Of a DNA stretch of 8,138 bases, positions 6,451 to 8,138 are shown piece by piece (position 1 is the stretch's first letter; each line of letters opens with the position of its first letter). The notes beneath the pieces are model-generated. The model was given only the letters and a program-made list of their open reading frames with translations, ran no database searches and was not told the origin of the DNA. A program made the translations under genes and the position numbers. The stretch is from Chlorokybus atmophyticus (Eukaryota; Plantae; Mesostigma and Chlorokybus algae), in NCBI GenBank assembly GCA_009103225.1, contig RHPI01002112.1, positions 1 to 8,138 on the forward strand. Reading direction: 5' to 3'.

Positions 6451-7358
6451 NNNNNNNNNNNNNNNNNNNNNNNNNNNNNNNNNNNNNNNNNNNNNNNNNN
6501 NNNNNNNNNNNNNNNNNNNNNNNNNNNNNNNNNNNNNNNNNNNNNNNNNNNNNNNNNNNNNNNNNNNNNNNNNNNNNNNNNNNNNNNNNNNNNNNNNNNN
6601 NNNNNNNNNNNNNNNNNNNNNNNNNNNNNNNNNNNNNNNNNNNNNNNNNNNNNNNNNNNNNNNNNNNNNNNNNNNNNNNNNNNNNNNNNNNNNNNNNNNN
6701 NNNNNNNNNNNNNNNNNNNNNNNNNNNNNNNNNNNNNNNNNNNNNNNNNNNNNNNNNNNNNNNNNNNNNNNNNNNNNNNNNNNNNNNNNNNNNNNNNNNN
6801 NNNNNNNNNNNNNNNNNNNNNNNNNNNNNNNNNNNNNNNNNNNNNNNNNNNNNNNNNNNNNNNNNNNNNNNNNNNNNNNNNNNNNNNNNNNNNNNNNNNN
6901 NNNNNNNNNNNNNNNNNNNNNNNNNNNNNNNNNNNNNNNNNNNNNNNNNNNNNNNNNNNNNNNNNNNNNNNNNNNNNNNNNNNNNNNNNNNNNNNNNNNN
7001 NNNNNNNNNNNNNNNNNNNNNNNNNNNNNNNNNNNNNNNNNNNNNNNNNNNNNNNNNNNNNNNNNNNNNNNNNNNNNNNNNNNNNNNNNNNNNNNNNNNN
7101 NNNNNNNNNNNNNNNNNNNNNNNNNNNNNNNNNNNNNNNNNNNNNNNNNNNNNNNNNNNNNNNNNNNNNNNNNNNNNNNNNNNNNNNNNNNNNNNNNNNN
7201 NNNNNNNNNNNNNNNNNNNNNNNNNNNNNNNNNNNNNNNNNNNNNNNNNNNNNNNNNNNNNNNNNNNNNNNNNNNNNNNNNNNNNNNNNNNNNNNNNNNN
7301 NNNNNNNNNNNNNNNNNNNNNNNNNNNNNNNNNNNNNNNNNNNNNNNNNNNNNNNNNC
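6451..7358. other. Assembly gap (908 N)
   Basis: Run of N; it would hold gag, protease and the integrase N-terminal Zn finger. Confidence 1.
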
Positions 7359-8138
7359 AGTCAGCATCCTTGCGAGCTTGTGCACATGGATGTCTGTGGC
7401 CCTATGCGCATTGTGGCGAAGGGAGGGGCCAGGTACTTTGCTACATTCCTTGACGACTACAGCAAGCTGTCCATCATCTTTCCATTGACGCTCAAGTCAG
7501 AAGTTGCTGGAGCTGTGCGCACAGTTGTAGCCTTGCTGGAGACGCAGTCTAGCAACAAGATGAAGGCAATGAGGAGTGATCGAGGAGGGGAGTACATCAA
7601 CAAGGAGTTGAAGGAGTTCTTCGCCAGCAAGGGCATACGCCACGAGACAACGGCACCCTACACCCCGCAGCAGAATGGAGCAGCTGAACGCCTCAACAGG
7701 ACACTCTTGGAGCGTGTTCGAGCTATGCTCAACGACACAAAGTTGGAAGGCAGTTTGTGGAAGGAGGCGGTACTCACTGCCAACTACATCCGCAACAGGT
7801 CTCCGGTGAGCTCAGAGCAGAAGACTCCGTGGGAGCACTTCTATGGAGCCACACGAGATGTGAGTGGTATGCGTGTGTTTGGATGCACGGCATATGCACT
7901 AGTGCCTAAACAGCTCAGGCACAAGCTGGAGCCGGTCAGCAAGAAGGGCATCTTCATTGGCTATGAACCGGGTTCCAAGGCTTACAGGATCTTGCTCGAG
8001 GACACTCAGAAGATCATTGTGAGCAGAGAGGTGGTTTTCCACGAGGGATTATCACAACCAGAAGCAGGCTTCTTTCCTGAAGATGAAGCACAGCCGGAGC
8101 ATCCTGAAACAGTGGAGGCTACAGGCAAGGCCATCATC
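7359..8138 (+). CDS. pol: Copia pol polyprotein fragment: integrase core (rve) plus C-terminal SH3-like domain; partial at both ends, 260 open codons
   Basis: Translated by hand: SQHPCELVHMDVCGPM (D at 7389), KAMRSDRGGEY (D at 7578), TAPYTPQQNGAAERLNRTL (E at 7686, 35 residues between D2 and E), LWKEAVLTANYIRNRSP, VFGCTAYALVPKQLRHKLEPVSKKGIFIGYEPGSKAYR, SREVVFHE. No stops. Confidence 0.96.

Larger units (their letters stand above)
5983..8138 (+). mobile_element. Ty1/copia LTR retrotransposon (5' part; continues beyond the window)
   Basis: LTR followed by a PBS, then a gap, then a copia-type integrase on the same strand. That both sides of the gap belong to one copy is assumed. Confidence 0.85.

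Noticed and set aside
6320-7488. ORFs 6320..7453, 6393..7385 and 6448..7488 from the track
   Set aside because: Artefacts of reading through N. The real frame right of the gap is the third one (7359 onward, integrase).

Overview
Eukaryotic transposon cluster; a green alga is plausible but unproven (short GT-AG introns, an Osser/copia-type primer site, GCA-rich tracts). No ordinary host gene is supportable. (1) Bases 1-~5839 are a minus-strand CACTA/EnSpm (CMC superfamily) DNA transposon. Three ORFs from the track join through two ~80-nt GT-AG introns into one transposase gene (exons 4650-4168, 4089-1325, 1239-580, continuing at 103-<1; at least 1337 codons, no internal stop). Its right end has an array of TTGTGCCG-N4-CGGCACAA dyads ending at TAGTA. 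(2) A 471-bp solo LTR (109-579, TGTTGA...TCAACA, 5-bp target-site duplication AGGTA) interrupts the last exon, and removing it restores the reading frame. (3) From 5983 to the window end is a plus-strand Ty1/copia retrotransposon: 5' LTR 5983-6406 (related to the solo LTR, opposite orientation), half-tRNA-iMet primer-binding site, a 908-N assembly gap, then an intact D,D(35)E integrase frame that the ORF track omits. I see no wholly new biological system. The most unusual items are the transposase architecture (Zn-ribbon-like insertion, H-x6-H motif, extra C-terminal beta domain), the dyad subterminal array with a TACTA rather than CACTA end, and a solo LTR with a duplicated terminus. All family assignments come from motif recognition by eye; no searches were run.
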